A stretch of DNA of 64,000 bases, from positions 704,001-768,000 of the forward strand of contig CAXXIA010000002.1 of assembly GCA_963666985.2 (NCBI GenBank). The letters run 5' to 3'. The position numbers and the translations under genes are program-made. This document shows, one piece after another, positions 41,672 to 50,682 of this stretch. Under the pieces are notes generated by a model. It ran no database searches. It saw only the letters and a list, made by a program, of their open reading frames with translations, and was not told the origin of the DNA. The DNA comes from Spirochaetia bacterium. GTDB taxonomy: Bacteria > Spirochaetota > Spirochaetia > DSM-2461. How positions within the stretch are numbered: position 1 is the first letter of the stretch; every line of letters starts with the position of its first letter.

Positions 41672-42673
41672 GTGGCATCCATGAAAGACGTCGCCAAAAT
41701 GGCCGATGTTTCGATATCCACGGTCTCCCGAGTTATAAGCGGCACTACTCCCGTAGATCCCAAAACCCGCAAACGGGTGGAACAAGCCGTACAGGCAACC
41801 GGATTTAAGCCGAATCTTATCGCTCGCGGACTCCGTGTAAAAAGCGCATCACTGGTGGGAATGCTGGTTCCGGAAATCCGGACGACGAGTTTTTCCATTC
41901 TTATCGAGCACGTGGAAACGGCCGTCGAAGCCTTGGGCTACAACCTGATATTGGGAGGAACCGGAGGTGATCCGGACCGTGAAGAGCGGTTTTTTGAGAA
42001 TCTGGTCCGGCGTCATATCGACGGCGTGATTGTTTCCTTGGTGTCCGATCACAGCCACCTTATGCACCTGATCGAGCGTACCGACGTACCGGTGGTTATC
42101 ATCGATCGGCCGCTGAAACACTATGCGTTTCCCACGGTGGTTATGGATAACCGCCTTGCCGGAAAAATGGCCGCGGAACACCTGCTCTCCCTCGGACACA
42201 AGAAATTCGCCTGCATTACGGGAGGATCCGACATCGGCATCTCCAGAGACCGGCTGGACGGATTTCGGGACGCGCTCGCCGATGCGGGGATTCTCCTTGA
42301 AAGCAAAGCGGTTGTCGACGGGAATTTCCAGTATGAATCCGGATATCGCTGCATAGACGCTTTATTGTCAAACGGCGCGGCCTTTACGGCACTTTGGGCG
42401 CAAAACGACATTATGGCCATCGGCGCTCTGAACCGGCTCAGAGAACACGGGATTTCCGTTCCCGGAGACGTTTCCATAATGGGCGTCGACAACGTGGATG
42501 ACGCCTGGATGGCGCGGCCCGCGATAACCACCATCGCCCAGCCGTACAAAGAGATTGCGCAAGTCGCGGCCCGTCTGCTTCACAGCATAAATCGGGGTGA
42601 AACTCTGGAAGAAAAATGGCTGACGCTTGCTCCCGAATTGGTCGTGAGGGAATCAACCGGAATCGCATCTTAA
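41672..42673 (+). CDS. LacI-family transcriptional regulator
   Basis: SMKDVAKMADVSISTVSRV; GTG start after AAGGAG. Confidence 0.93.
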   Translation: MASMKDVAKMADVSISTVSRVISGTTPVDPKTRKRVEQAVQATGFKPNLIARGLRVKSASLVGMLVPEIRTTSFSILIEHVETAVEALGYNLILGGTGGDPDREERFFENLVRRHIDGVIVSLVSDHSHLMHLIERTDVPVVIIDRPLKHYAFPTVVMDNRLAGKMAAEHLLSLGHKKFACITGGSDIGISRDRLDGFRDALADAGILLESKAVVDGNFQYESGYRCIDALLSNGAAFTALWAQNDIMAIGALNRLREHGISVPGDVSIMGVDNVDDAWMARPAITTIAQPYKEIAQVAARLLHSINRGETLEEKWLTLAPELVVRESTGIAS

Positions 42674-42706
42674 GAAAAAGGCCGCTTGGGCCGGGATAAG
42701 GAAACC

Positions 42707-43102
42707 ATGAAGAAAACCACGTTACTGAACGCACCGCTCTCCGGACTCATCGCGTCTTTGGGACATACGGATACCGTATGCCTCGCCGATGCCGGGCTGC
42801 CCGTTCCTCCGGGCCCCGCACGCATCGATCTTGCCGTCCGTCCCGGACTTCCCGATTTCAAAGCCGTTCTGGAAACCATACTTGAAGAGATGGAAGTGGA
42901 AGAAGTGATTCTTGCGGAAGAAATTCGGGAGAAAAATCCCGAGATTCATCAAGTACTGACTCAAAAGCTCAGAGGGATTCCCTTTACTTATGTTCCGCAT
43001 GAGGAATTCAAACGCTTAAGCGCGGGAACGAAAGCCGTCGTCAGAACCGGAGAATGCACGCCGTATTCGAACGTTATCCTCCGTTCCGGAGTTGTTTTCT
43101 AA
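42707..43102 (+). CDS. rbsD: D-ribose pyranase
   Basis: LGHTD, DAGLP, RIDLA, HEEFK, VRTGECTPYSN, GVVF. Confidence 0.95.
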   Translation: MKKTTLLNAPLSGLIASLGHTDTVCLADAGLPVPPGPARIDLAVRPGLPDFKAVLETILEEMEVEEVILAEEIREKNPEIHQVLTQKLRGIPFTYVPHEEFKRLSAGTKAVVRTGECTPYSNVILRSGVVF

Positions 43103-43185
43103 AAACAACCCGGCTCGATAAAAACAACCCGATTCCCCATGCCTCCGTTCCGCGATAAGCGGTTTTCAGCCGCTTTACCGAATTC

Positions 43186-44793
43186 TCAGGACTTTCTTTT
43201 CAACAGAGAGGCCCATTGAAATTTCTTTACCTGAAACCTGCCGAAAGAAGAAACTAAATAATAGAATAAAAAGAACGTCGTATAACCTTCCCACAGTAAA
43301 TTCATCAAGGCGTTTCTCATATCATACTTAATCGCAGTCAAGAACGTCTGAAGCATTAAGACTGAAAGAAAACCGTAATATAGAATAGGAATTAAGTTTA
43401 TACTCAGATTCTCCTTATGATTATTATATTCCGACAGGTTTAAGGCATTTGAGATGATTTTGGAATATACATTAATCAAGAAAATTAGAATTACAAAAGA
43501 AACAATCCTGAAACTTTGCACATTGTAATTGGAAATCAAGAAGAAATCATACACTCCGTGTAAAATCATTGCCGCGAGGAAGGTCGGTATAACATACAGC
43601 CCGATTCCTTTATATTTTTTCACAAACAAACCATAAACGGACAAAGAAGTGAGTGCCATGTGCAGAACGACGGCGCTTAACGCTCTGGAATTGATATTGG
43701 ACAGACCCAACTCGTTAAAATAATGCATATTTTCTATTGTCGCGAAGCCCAAAGCACCGAGAGAAGCATAGATTATGAAATCCACGGATTCATTCATTTC
43801 TTTTAAGGCAAATAAAACAACTAAAAATGGAATCAATTTCACCAATTCTTCAATAAACCCAATGCAAAACACGGAATAAATCAAATCATTCACTAAAGAT
43901 CCGGAAAGATGAAACTTAAAATAGATATGCCAGATATCATAGAGAATACTGGAGAGGAACGCGGAAATTATTCCCAATAGAAAAGTGAAGATGAGAATGG
44001 ATATCCGATCTTTCTCAAACACATCAATTTTATGGAAGAAGAAGATCCATACGGCTGAAATGAGTATACCGGCGATAAAACCTTCCGGGATAATGTTCCT
44101 AAAAAAATCAAGAAATCTCTCGGCTAAATAACTGAAATATTTTTTCTGAATCAGCGTATATCGTATAAGGATATTTGACGAAATGTATTTAAGGGATTCT
44201 TTGTTTGACAACAACTTGTCCAGCTCGGCGTATTGTTTCGTGGAAAACAGAAGTTTCGACAAATTGGAATATGCTCCGCTCACATTTCCGCGAATTTCAA
44301 TCTCCTTATAAAAATATTTCTTGGCGGCATCGGCTTGATCCGTTTGGAGATAGATGTAACCAATTGAATTATTAACATAAGGAATCTTTTCATCGTTTAT
44401 TTGAAGATAAAAAGACAATGCGCTCTCAAAATCATAGATTTTGACATAATAAAACCCGATGCAGTAGAGAATAATATCTCTATATTCGGGTTTTGTAATA
44501 AGATAATCCTGATATTCCTTCAGAATATCTTTATCGCTTCTGCTGCTATACTTTGATTTCGACGAGAGAATACTGAAATAATTATTAATATAACCTCGAT
44601 GCAATTCCACATTGCCGAAATCATCGGCTAATAATCTTTTGTATTCTTTTTCCGCAATGAAATATCTTTTGGTTGCAACGGCATTTTTAATGATTTCTTC
44701 AGACGATTCGGAATGAGAAAAACGGTCGACCAGCAGGATTAAAACCAACGTAACCAATAATGCCGAAACGGTAACAAAAAAATACTTTCTCAT
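43186..44793 (-). CDS. TPR-like domain + PrsW-family intramembrane protease; AT-rich
   Basis: IEELVK, LGFATIEN, HMALT, HGVYDF; helical-repeat N-half; start ATG 44793. Confidence 0.82.
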   Translation of the reverse strand: MRKYFFVTVSALLVTLVLILLVDRFSHSESSEEIIKNAVATKRYFIAEKEYKRLLADDFGNVELHRGYINNYFSILSSKSKYSSRSDKDILKEYQDYLITKPEYRDIILYCIGFYYVKIYDFESALSFYLQINDEKIPYVNNSIGYIYLQTDQADAAKKYFYKEIEIRGNVSGAYSNLSKLLFSTKQYAELDKLLSNKESLKYISSNILIRYTLIQKKYFSYLAERFLDFFRNIIPEGFIAGILISAVWIFFFHKIDVFEKDRISILIFTFLLGIISAFLSSILYDIWHIYFKFHLSGSLVNDLIYSVFCIGFIEELVKLIPFLVVLFALKEMNESVDFIIYASLGALGFATIENMHYFNELGLSNINSRALSAVVLHMALTSLSVYGLFVKKYKGIGLYVIPTFLAAMILHGVYDFFLISNYNVQSFRIVSFVILIFLINVYSKIISNALNLSEYNNHKENLSINLIPILYYGFLSVLMLQTFLTAIKYDMRNALMNLLWEGYTTFFLFYYLVSSFGRFQVKKFQWASLLKRKS

Positions 44794-44930
44794 GGAAACA
44801 TTATGAATAAAGTCTCTGGAAATGTTTATTACTTTTTCCGGTTCGGCTGCGGCTCTCACTTCGCGGAAGCGAGACCTGAGGTTGTTCTTCCGCTCGTTCG
44901 GCATCAGCCAAAACATCCCGCTTTGGCTGA

Positions 44931-45041
44931 TGATCTCGGCTGCGAAAGCGATAACTCTTTCGGAGTACCGCGTCCTTGCCTCGGCACTATCCGATAAAGC
45001 TCCGCTTTATCATCTGCTGATCTCGGCTGCGAAAGCGATAA
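44931..45041. repeat. 24-bp exact direct repeat x2, 87-bp period
   Basis: TGATCTCGGCTGCGAAAGCGATAA at 44931-44954 and 45018-45041. Confidence 0.9.
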
Positions 45042-45173
45042 GAGGGGCGCGGCGGCTGTGTCCGTTCGGCGGAGCCGAACCGGACTACCGGAATCGTTCC
45101 TCGGGCGTTTCCCTGCGGTACGACCCTTTTTGCCGTATGCGCAAAAAAGCGCATATGGAACTCCCGCAAAGCG
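44974..45173 (-). repeat. Structured non-coding element, copy B (unknown class)
   Basis: Reverse complement shares ordered blocks with 33057-33262. Confidence 0.75.
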
Positions 45174-45239
45174 CGGCGCTCCGGCTTCGAGCCGAAACGG
45201 CCCGCGAAGCCGGAACAATCGTCCCTAAAAAACGATCAG

Positions 45240-46703
45240 CTACCTGAAACTCTCCACCCGCTTATTGAACTCAACGATCATTTCATCGATGGCTCCGGCG
45301 GCTCCGAAAATTTCATTCCAATAATCCCGATCGTACCACTGAGCGTTGATTTCCTCGTAGGTTTTTCCCTGCTGTTCAACCCAGGTGTAGTACTTCAGAT
45401 TATGGATGCGCTTGCGGTCGGTATAGCGCAGTTCGGCCATGTTGTCCGTACCGATACCCATCAGCATTTCATAATCGGCAACGGCGTTATCCCGCGTATA
45501 CGCACCCCGCTCCTCGGTGAGCTCTTTCAGACGGCTGGTATACATGGCTTCCGAATCGGTGAAACAGGTAAAGATGATATCGTCTTCGGTAAACTCGTAA
45601 TACTTGGCCATTTTCACGGCGGTAAGCATGTTGCAGATGGAGCTGATTCCCAGCAGATTCATATTCTCAACCACGCCGCCCGCGGCGCCCTTGGAGATTA
45701 AATACTCCTTGCCGGCCGACTCGTTAAAGAGACGCAGCATCCTCATGGTGGGCTCGTCGTCGATGGCGGCCACCATATCGGTGTCCTTCAGGTTATGAAC
45801 CCACGGAACATGCTTGTCGCCGATCCCCTCGATGCGGTGGGCGCCGAAACCGTTGGCCAGAAGCGTGGGGCACTGCAAGGCCTCGGAAACCGCCAGCTTG
45901 GCGCCGGGGAACTTCTTCTTGATATACGTCCCCGATCCCAAAGTTCCGCCGGAACCCGAAGAGAGGGTGCAGCCGGCCAGACGGCTCCTCTCTCCGGCCA
46001 CAATTCCGAAAACCTCTTCAAAAGCCCGCCCGGTCACCTCATGATGCCAGAGGGTGTTGGGCATCTGGTCGAACTGATTAAAAATAAAGACGCCCGCGCC
46101 GTGCTCGGCTTCAATCTCATGACACTTGTCGAAAATCTCTTTCACGTTGCTCTCGGAACCCGGCGTGGCGATGGTCTGGTCGGCCATGTTCTTCAGCCAG
46201 TTAAACCTCTCCTGACTCATCTCCTCGGGAAGAATGGCGATGGACTTACAGGCCAAAAGCCGGGAGATATACGCGCCGCCGCGGCAGTAGTTTCCGGTGG
46301 ACGGCCAGACGGCCATGTTTTTCTCCGGATCAAACTGACCGGTGATAAGCGTGGGGGCCAAGCAGCTGTAGGCCGCTCCCACCTTGTGCGCGCCGGTGGG
46401 GAAGTATTTGCCCACCAGTCCGATAATCCGGGCCCGCACTCCGCTGATTTCGGAGGGGATTTCCACGTAATTAACGCCGCCGAAGCCGCCGCCTTTCCGC
46501 ACGGGCTCATTCTTCCACGTTACGCGGAACAGGTTGCGGGAATGCACCTCGTCCCTGTCGATGCCCTTCAATTCCTCCACGATGGAATCGGGAACCAGGG
46601 TTGGGTCGGCCATTTGGGCGTACGTAGGGAGGATAATATCCTGCTCGGCGCAAATCTTCGCATTTCTATCGATTTGGGCCTCATTTTTCGTTAGATCGAT
46701 CAT
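45240..46703 (-). CDS. PLP-dependent fold-type II enzyme (cysteine synthase/PALP superfamily), function unknown
   Basis: TGAHKVG, STGN, SSGSGGT, HRIEGIG; start ATG 46703 after GAGGAG. Confidence 0.8.
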   Translation of the reverse strand: MIDLTKNEAQIDRNAKICAEQDIILPTYAQMADPTLVPDSIVEELKGIDRDEVHSRNLFRVTWKNEPVRKGGGFGGVNYVEIPSEISGVRARIIGLVGKYFPTGAHKVGAAYSCLAPTLITGQFDPEKNMAVWPSTGNYCRGGAYISRLLACKSIAILPEEMSQERFNWLKNMADQTIATPGSESNVKEIFDKCHEIEAEHGAGVFIFNQFDQMPNTLWHHEVTGRAFEEVFGIVAGERSRLAGCTLSSGSGGTLGSGTYIKKKFPGAKLAVSEALQCPTLLANGFGAHRIEGIGDKHVPWVHNLKDTDMVAAIDDEPTMRMLRLFNESAGKEYLISKGAAGGVVENMNLLGISSICNMLTAVKMAKYYEFTEDDIIFTCFTDSEAMYTSRLKELTEERGAYTRDNAVADYEMLMGIGTDNMAELRYTDRKRIHNLKYYTWVEQQGKTYEEINAQWYDRDYWNEIFGAAGAIDEMIVEFNKRVESFR

Positions 46704-46898
46704 TATAAAGTTCTCCTCAATTAAATTCCGGTGTATTTCACTGCCGAAACGCGGCTTGCGGTTTTCGATGACAGCGAAGCCGACGGCCGTTTGCCTCGGC
46801 AATCGGTGAGCTTATAAATCAAGACACGCCGGGCCCGTTTTTCACATGATGCGAACCCTCAGTGTTCCGATACGACAGCTCATCGCTTCCATATCATT

Positions 46899-47858
46899 TT
46901 AACACTCCTCATTTCCCTTCAAATACGCGGCGAAGCGGCCGAAGGCCTCTCCGGCAAGATTCAGCGCCACGGTTTTTCTGTATTTGGCCGTGGAGCGCTG
47001 GTCGTCTATAGGTTTAATAAGGGGTTTGATGACCCCCGAAGCCCGGCGGATCATTCCATCCGTATCCCGTAAGATTTCCCCCGCCGAGTGCCCTAAAAAC
47101 ACGGCTTCGGCCTCAAGAGGCCGAACCACGGTGGGTCCCACGGCGCCGAAGGCCATGGCGAACGACCCCACACGCCCGTCCGCCATCCTTGCGAAGGCGG
47201 CCAGCGACACCTTGGTCAGAGCGTTGGCGCGGCGGGTTCCAACCTTGCGCCAATAGTGCCAGGAAGAGTCCTTTTCGTCCATCTCATTCCCGGCCGCAGG
47301 AACACGGAAAGCCGTGATGATTTCATCGGCGGCCAGAGCGGTGCGCCCCGGTCCGGAAACGAACTCGCCGATAAGAACTTCGCGTTTTCCTCTTACCGAG
47401 GTCAGAATCACCCGGGCATCCAGAGCATAGAGGGCGCAGAGTCCGTCCCCGGCGGGTGAGGCGTTGGCGGTATTGCCGCCCAATGTCGCCCTGTTGCGAA
47501 GCGCCGGAGCCCCGAGCGAAAAGGCCGCCGCCGAAAGAAGGGAGGGAACGGCCGCCAGAGCATCGGCGCAGGCGGCGCCTGATTCGGCATAGGCCGCCCT
47601 CGCCCCCGGATCGTCCGCCAGTACGGCCATGGGCACGGCCGCCCCGATTTCCACCGTTCCGTCATCGGTTAAACGAACACCGCGAAGCTCCGGGAGGGCA
47701 TTCACGAACATCACGGAGGCGGGCATTTTCGGTCCCAGGCCGTTCTTGGCCCGGTAGCGCACCATCAGGTCGGTGCCGCCTGAAAAAGGCATGGCGGCTT
47801 CCTTCTCCCTGATGTCCAGAGCCTCCGTTAATGTCTTGGGAGAAAAAACCTTCACCAC
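46899..47858 (-). CDS. xdhB: Xanthine dehydrogenase family FAD-binding subunit
   Basis: SGGTDL, RNRATLGGN..NASPAGD, PIDDQRST..YR. Confidence 0.85.
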   Translation of the reverse strand: MVKVFSPKTLTEALDIREKEAAMPFSGGTDLMVRYRAKNGLGPKMPASVMFVNALPELRGVRLTDDGTVEIGAAVPMAVLADDPGARAAYAESGAACADALAAVPSLLSAAAFSLGAPALRNRATLGGNTANASPAGDGLCALYALDARVILTSVRGKREVLIGEFVSGPGRTALAADEIITAFRVPAAGNEMDEKDSSWHYWRKVGTRRANALTKVSLAAFARMADGRVGSFAMAFGAVGPTVVRPLEAEAVFLGHSAGEILRDTDGMIRRASGVIKPLIKPIDDQRSTAKYRKTVALNLAGEAFGRFAAYLKGNEEC

Positions 47859-48331
47859 AAGCCCCTCCCCTTCTCGGCGGCCATCTGCACCGCGTTGATA
47901 ATGGCATCATACCCGGTACACCGGCAGATATTCCCGGCAAGTCCCTCACGGATTTCCTGTTCGGACGGTTTGGGATTTTTTTTCAGCAGAGCATAAGAGG
48001 CCATCATCATGCCGGGTGTGCAGAAACCGCACTGGGCTCCGTGACATTCGGTAAAACATTCGGCCAAAAGCCGGCCGGCTTCACTCTTGCGCAAACCTTC
48101 GAGGGTTAAAACTTCCGATCCCGAGGCCTGCGCGACGGGCACCAGGCAGCTGTTCACCAGCCGGCCGTTCAGCAAGACCGAACAGGCGCCGCATTCTCCC
48201 TCACCGCAGCCTTCTTTGGTTCCGGTAAGGCCCAAATCGTCGCGAAGAACATCCAAAAGGCGCCGCATCCCGCTTTCGGGACGGACCGTTTTCTCTTCAC
48301 CATTGACGAAAAGCGTTACTGTTTCGCTCAC
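47852..48331 (-). CDS. xdhC: Xanthine dehydrogenase family 2x[2Fe-2S] subunit
   Basis: CGEGECGAC...C, QCGFC, CRCTGY. Confidence 0.92.
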   Translation of the reverse strand: MSETVTLFVNGEEKTVRPESGMRRLLDVLRDDLGLTGTKEGCGEGECGACSVLLNGRLVNSCLVPVAQASGSEVLTLEGLRKSEAGRLLAECFTECHGAQCGFCTPGMMMASYALLKKNPKPSEQEIREGLAGNICRCTGYDAIINAVQMAAEKGRGLW

Positions 48332-50682
48332 GCTCCGGCCTCCTTTTCGTCCATCAGTTCCATTAAGGTTTCGGGCACAATGGGGATTCGGCGGCAGGAA
48401 CGGCCCACAGCCTGTTCCACCGCGGCGGCGAAGGCCGCATGTCCCGCGTCGTGAACCATTTCTCCCATGCCCTTGGCACCGTAGGCACCGTAGGGATAGG
48501 GATTATCCACCGTGGCCGCTCCGGTCCGGGGAAAGTCCAAAGAAGTGGGAACCATATAATCCGCCATGGCCACCTGACGGAAACGGCCCTTCTCGTCCAC
48601 TTCCAGTTTCTCCATCGCGCCGTAGCCCAGTGCTTGGCTCATGCCGCCCTGGATTTGCCCTTCGACGACTCTCTCGTCGATGGCCCGGCCCACATCGTAA
48701 ACGCCCCAGGCGCCCGTTATGCGGACTTCCCAGGTAACCGGATCCACTTCCACTTCGCAGGCGTTCACGCCCCAGCCATATGTTCCGTAGGAATCCCCGC
48801 TCAAGGTATTCTGATCCCATTGAATTCCCGGCGGAAGCTCGTACTTGCGCTCAACGCGCTGCCTCTCGCCGTCCTTCCAGATGTCCTTCAAGTCCTCGGC
48901 GGCTTTCTGCAGCAGAAAGCCGACAACCATCATGGTCCGGCTGGCCACGGTCGGTCCGGAATCGGGTGCTCTGCGGGTATCCGGATACGGGAAAAGAATC
49001 TCCTTGGGATGAATATCCAGAACCTTCCCCACCACTTTGCGGAATGTCGATTGGCAGCCTTGTCCCAAATCCACGGCGGCGCAGAGGATTTCAACCGTAC
49101 CGTTTTCATCCTTTTCCAGGGCCACCTCGCCCTTAATGATGGTCTGTTCGCCGTCGCCGGTGAATCCAGCGCCGTGAAGAAGGTAGGACATGCCGATGCC
49201 CCGCAAAAGACCGTCTTTCGGGGAGGAGGCCGAATAGGATTTCGAGCCGGCCTCGCCAAGAGTATCCGCGGCCGCATTCTCCGTGCCGGAAGCACCCGGC
49301 CGACCCGAGCACGCGCCGGCCTGTTTTCGAGCGGCCTCATAGAAGGCGCGCTTTCCGGAATAACCCGACATGTCCTCCAGCTTTTTCACCAGTTCGTCCA
49401 GAATAATCGGTTCCCGGAACATCCCTCCGGTTACCGTAGGATCGCCCTGCTTCAGAAGATGCCGGTTTTTAAAAGAAAGGGAGTCTTCCCCGACGATTCG
49501 GGCCAGCTCCTCCATATGCATTTCGATGCCGAAAAGAGTCTGAGGAGCGCCGAATCCGCGGAAAGCGCCCGAAGGGACGGTATTGGTGGCGATGCCCCGG
49601 CCGCGAATTCGGAACGTCGGAATATTGTAGGCTCCGAGGCAGTGAAACACCGCCCGCATGAGAACGATTCTGGTATAAGTTGTATAGGCGCCGCCGTCGA
49701 GATCAACCTTCACGTCCATGCCGAGAATACGGCCTTTGTTATCCAGCGCGGTCCTGTAAGTACAGCGGGACGGATGGCGCTTGCTGGTAAAAGAAAGATC
49801 CTCCACCCGGTCCATAATCATCCGTATGGGCCTTCCCGTTACCAATGCCGCCACCGCCATCGGCGCGCCCATGATTTCCGGATAGTCTTCCTTGCCGCCG
49901 AAAGCGCCGCCGACGGTGTCTTGAATCACCCGAACCTGATCGGCCTGCAGTCCCAGAACATGATGCACGGTATGGCTGACGTAATAGGGACACTGCATCG
50001 ATCCCCTGATGCCGACTCCGTCCTCTTCGGGCCAGGCGATGAGTCCCTGGCCTTCCATGTAGAACTGTTCCTGGAAACCCGTTTCGTAGGTGCCTTCAAC
50101 GATTTCGGCCGCGGCGGAAAAAGCCGCATCCAGATCGCCGTTATCCAAATCGACACGGCAGAAAACGTTGTTCTCGCCGTGAATAGGCCCGCCTTTCAGA
50201 GCCAAGCCGTCATCCATGTTCACGCAGAGAGGGAGGGGGTCAACCTCCATTTCAACGGCGTTCACCAGCCGGTCCACCTCGGCCGGATTCGGCCCGCAGA
50301 CCACCGCGACAATCTGACCGATGTAGCGAACCTCGCCGTCGGCGAAACAGGGCAGATCGAAAGCGCCGGCCATGGGAATTTCGTTTTTTCCGCCTTCCGG
50401 GATATCCGCGACCGTTACGATGCGGTAGCCCTCGGGGCAATCGGGCAGACGTAAGGCGGTGATGCGGCCCCGGGGATGCGGCGAGCGATAAAACCTGCCG
50501 TACAGCATGTCGGATCCCAGTCCGGCGTCGGCACCCAGAGGAACACATCCGGTGGAACTGTTCTCCGCGGGACCGAGGTCGTCAAACTTCAAATCCGCGA
50601 CATACAGCGCGGCCCCGCAGGCCTTGGCCATACCGTCAGGTTTGGGAATGGCGGTTGAAATGGATGCGTCGTATCGGCTCAT
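48328..50682 (-). CDS. xdhA: Xanthine dehydrogenase family molybdopterin subunit
   Basis: GGAFGGKE, GAFRGFGAPQ, GPTVASR, GAKGMGE. Confidence 0.88.
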   Translation of the reverse strand: MSRYDASISTAIPKPDGMAKACGAALYVADLKFDDLGPAENSSTGCVPLGADAGLGSDMLYGRFYRSPHPRGRITALRLPDCPEGYRIVTVADIPEGGKNEIPMAGAFDLPCFADGEVRYIGQIVAVVCGPNPAEVDRLVNAVEMEVDPLPLCVNMDDGLALKGGPIHGENNVFCRVDLDNGDLDAAFSAAAEIVEGTYETGFQEQFYMEGQGLIAWPEEDGVGIRGSMQCPYYVSHTVHHVLGLQADQVRVIQDTVGGAFGGKEDYPEIMGAPMAVAALVTGRPIRMIMDRVEDLSFTSKRHPSRCTYRTALDNKGRILGMDVKVDLDGGAYTTYTRIVLMRAVFHCLGAYNIPTFRIRGRGIATNTVPSGAFRGFGAPQTLFGIEMHMEELARIVGEDSLSFKNRHLLKQGDPTVTGGMFREPIILDELVKKLEDMSGYSGKRAFYEAARKQAGACSGRPGASGTENAAADTLGEAGSKSYSASSPKDGLLRGIGMSYLLHGAGFTGDGEQTIIKGEVALEKDENGTVEILCAAVDLGQGCQSTFRKVVGKVLDIHPKEILFPYPDTRRAPDSGPTVASRTMMVVGFLLQKAAEDLKDIWKDGERQRVERKYELPPGIQWDQNTLSGDSYGTYGWGVNACEVEVDPVTWEVRITGAWGVYDVGRAIDERVVEGQIQGGMSQALGYGAMEKLEVDEKGRFRQVAMADYMVPTSLDFPRTGAATVDNPYPYGAYGAKGMGEMVHDAGHAAFAAAVEQAVGRSCRRIPIVPETLMELMDEKEAGA

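Noticed and set aside
44931..45041. 24-bp direct repeat as CRISPR
   Set aside because: Two copies with a 63-bp self-complementary spacer; part of the structured element
48439..50454. 671-aa plus-strand ORF
   Set aside because: Antisense shadow of GC-rich xdhA
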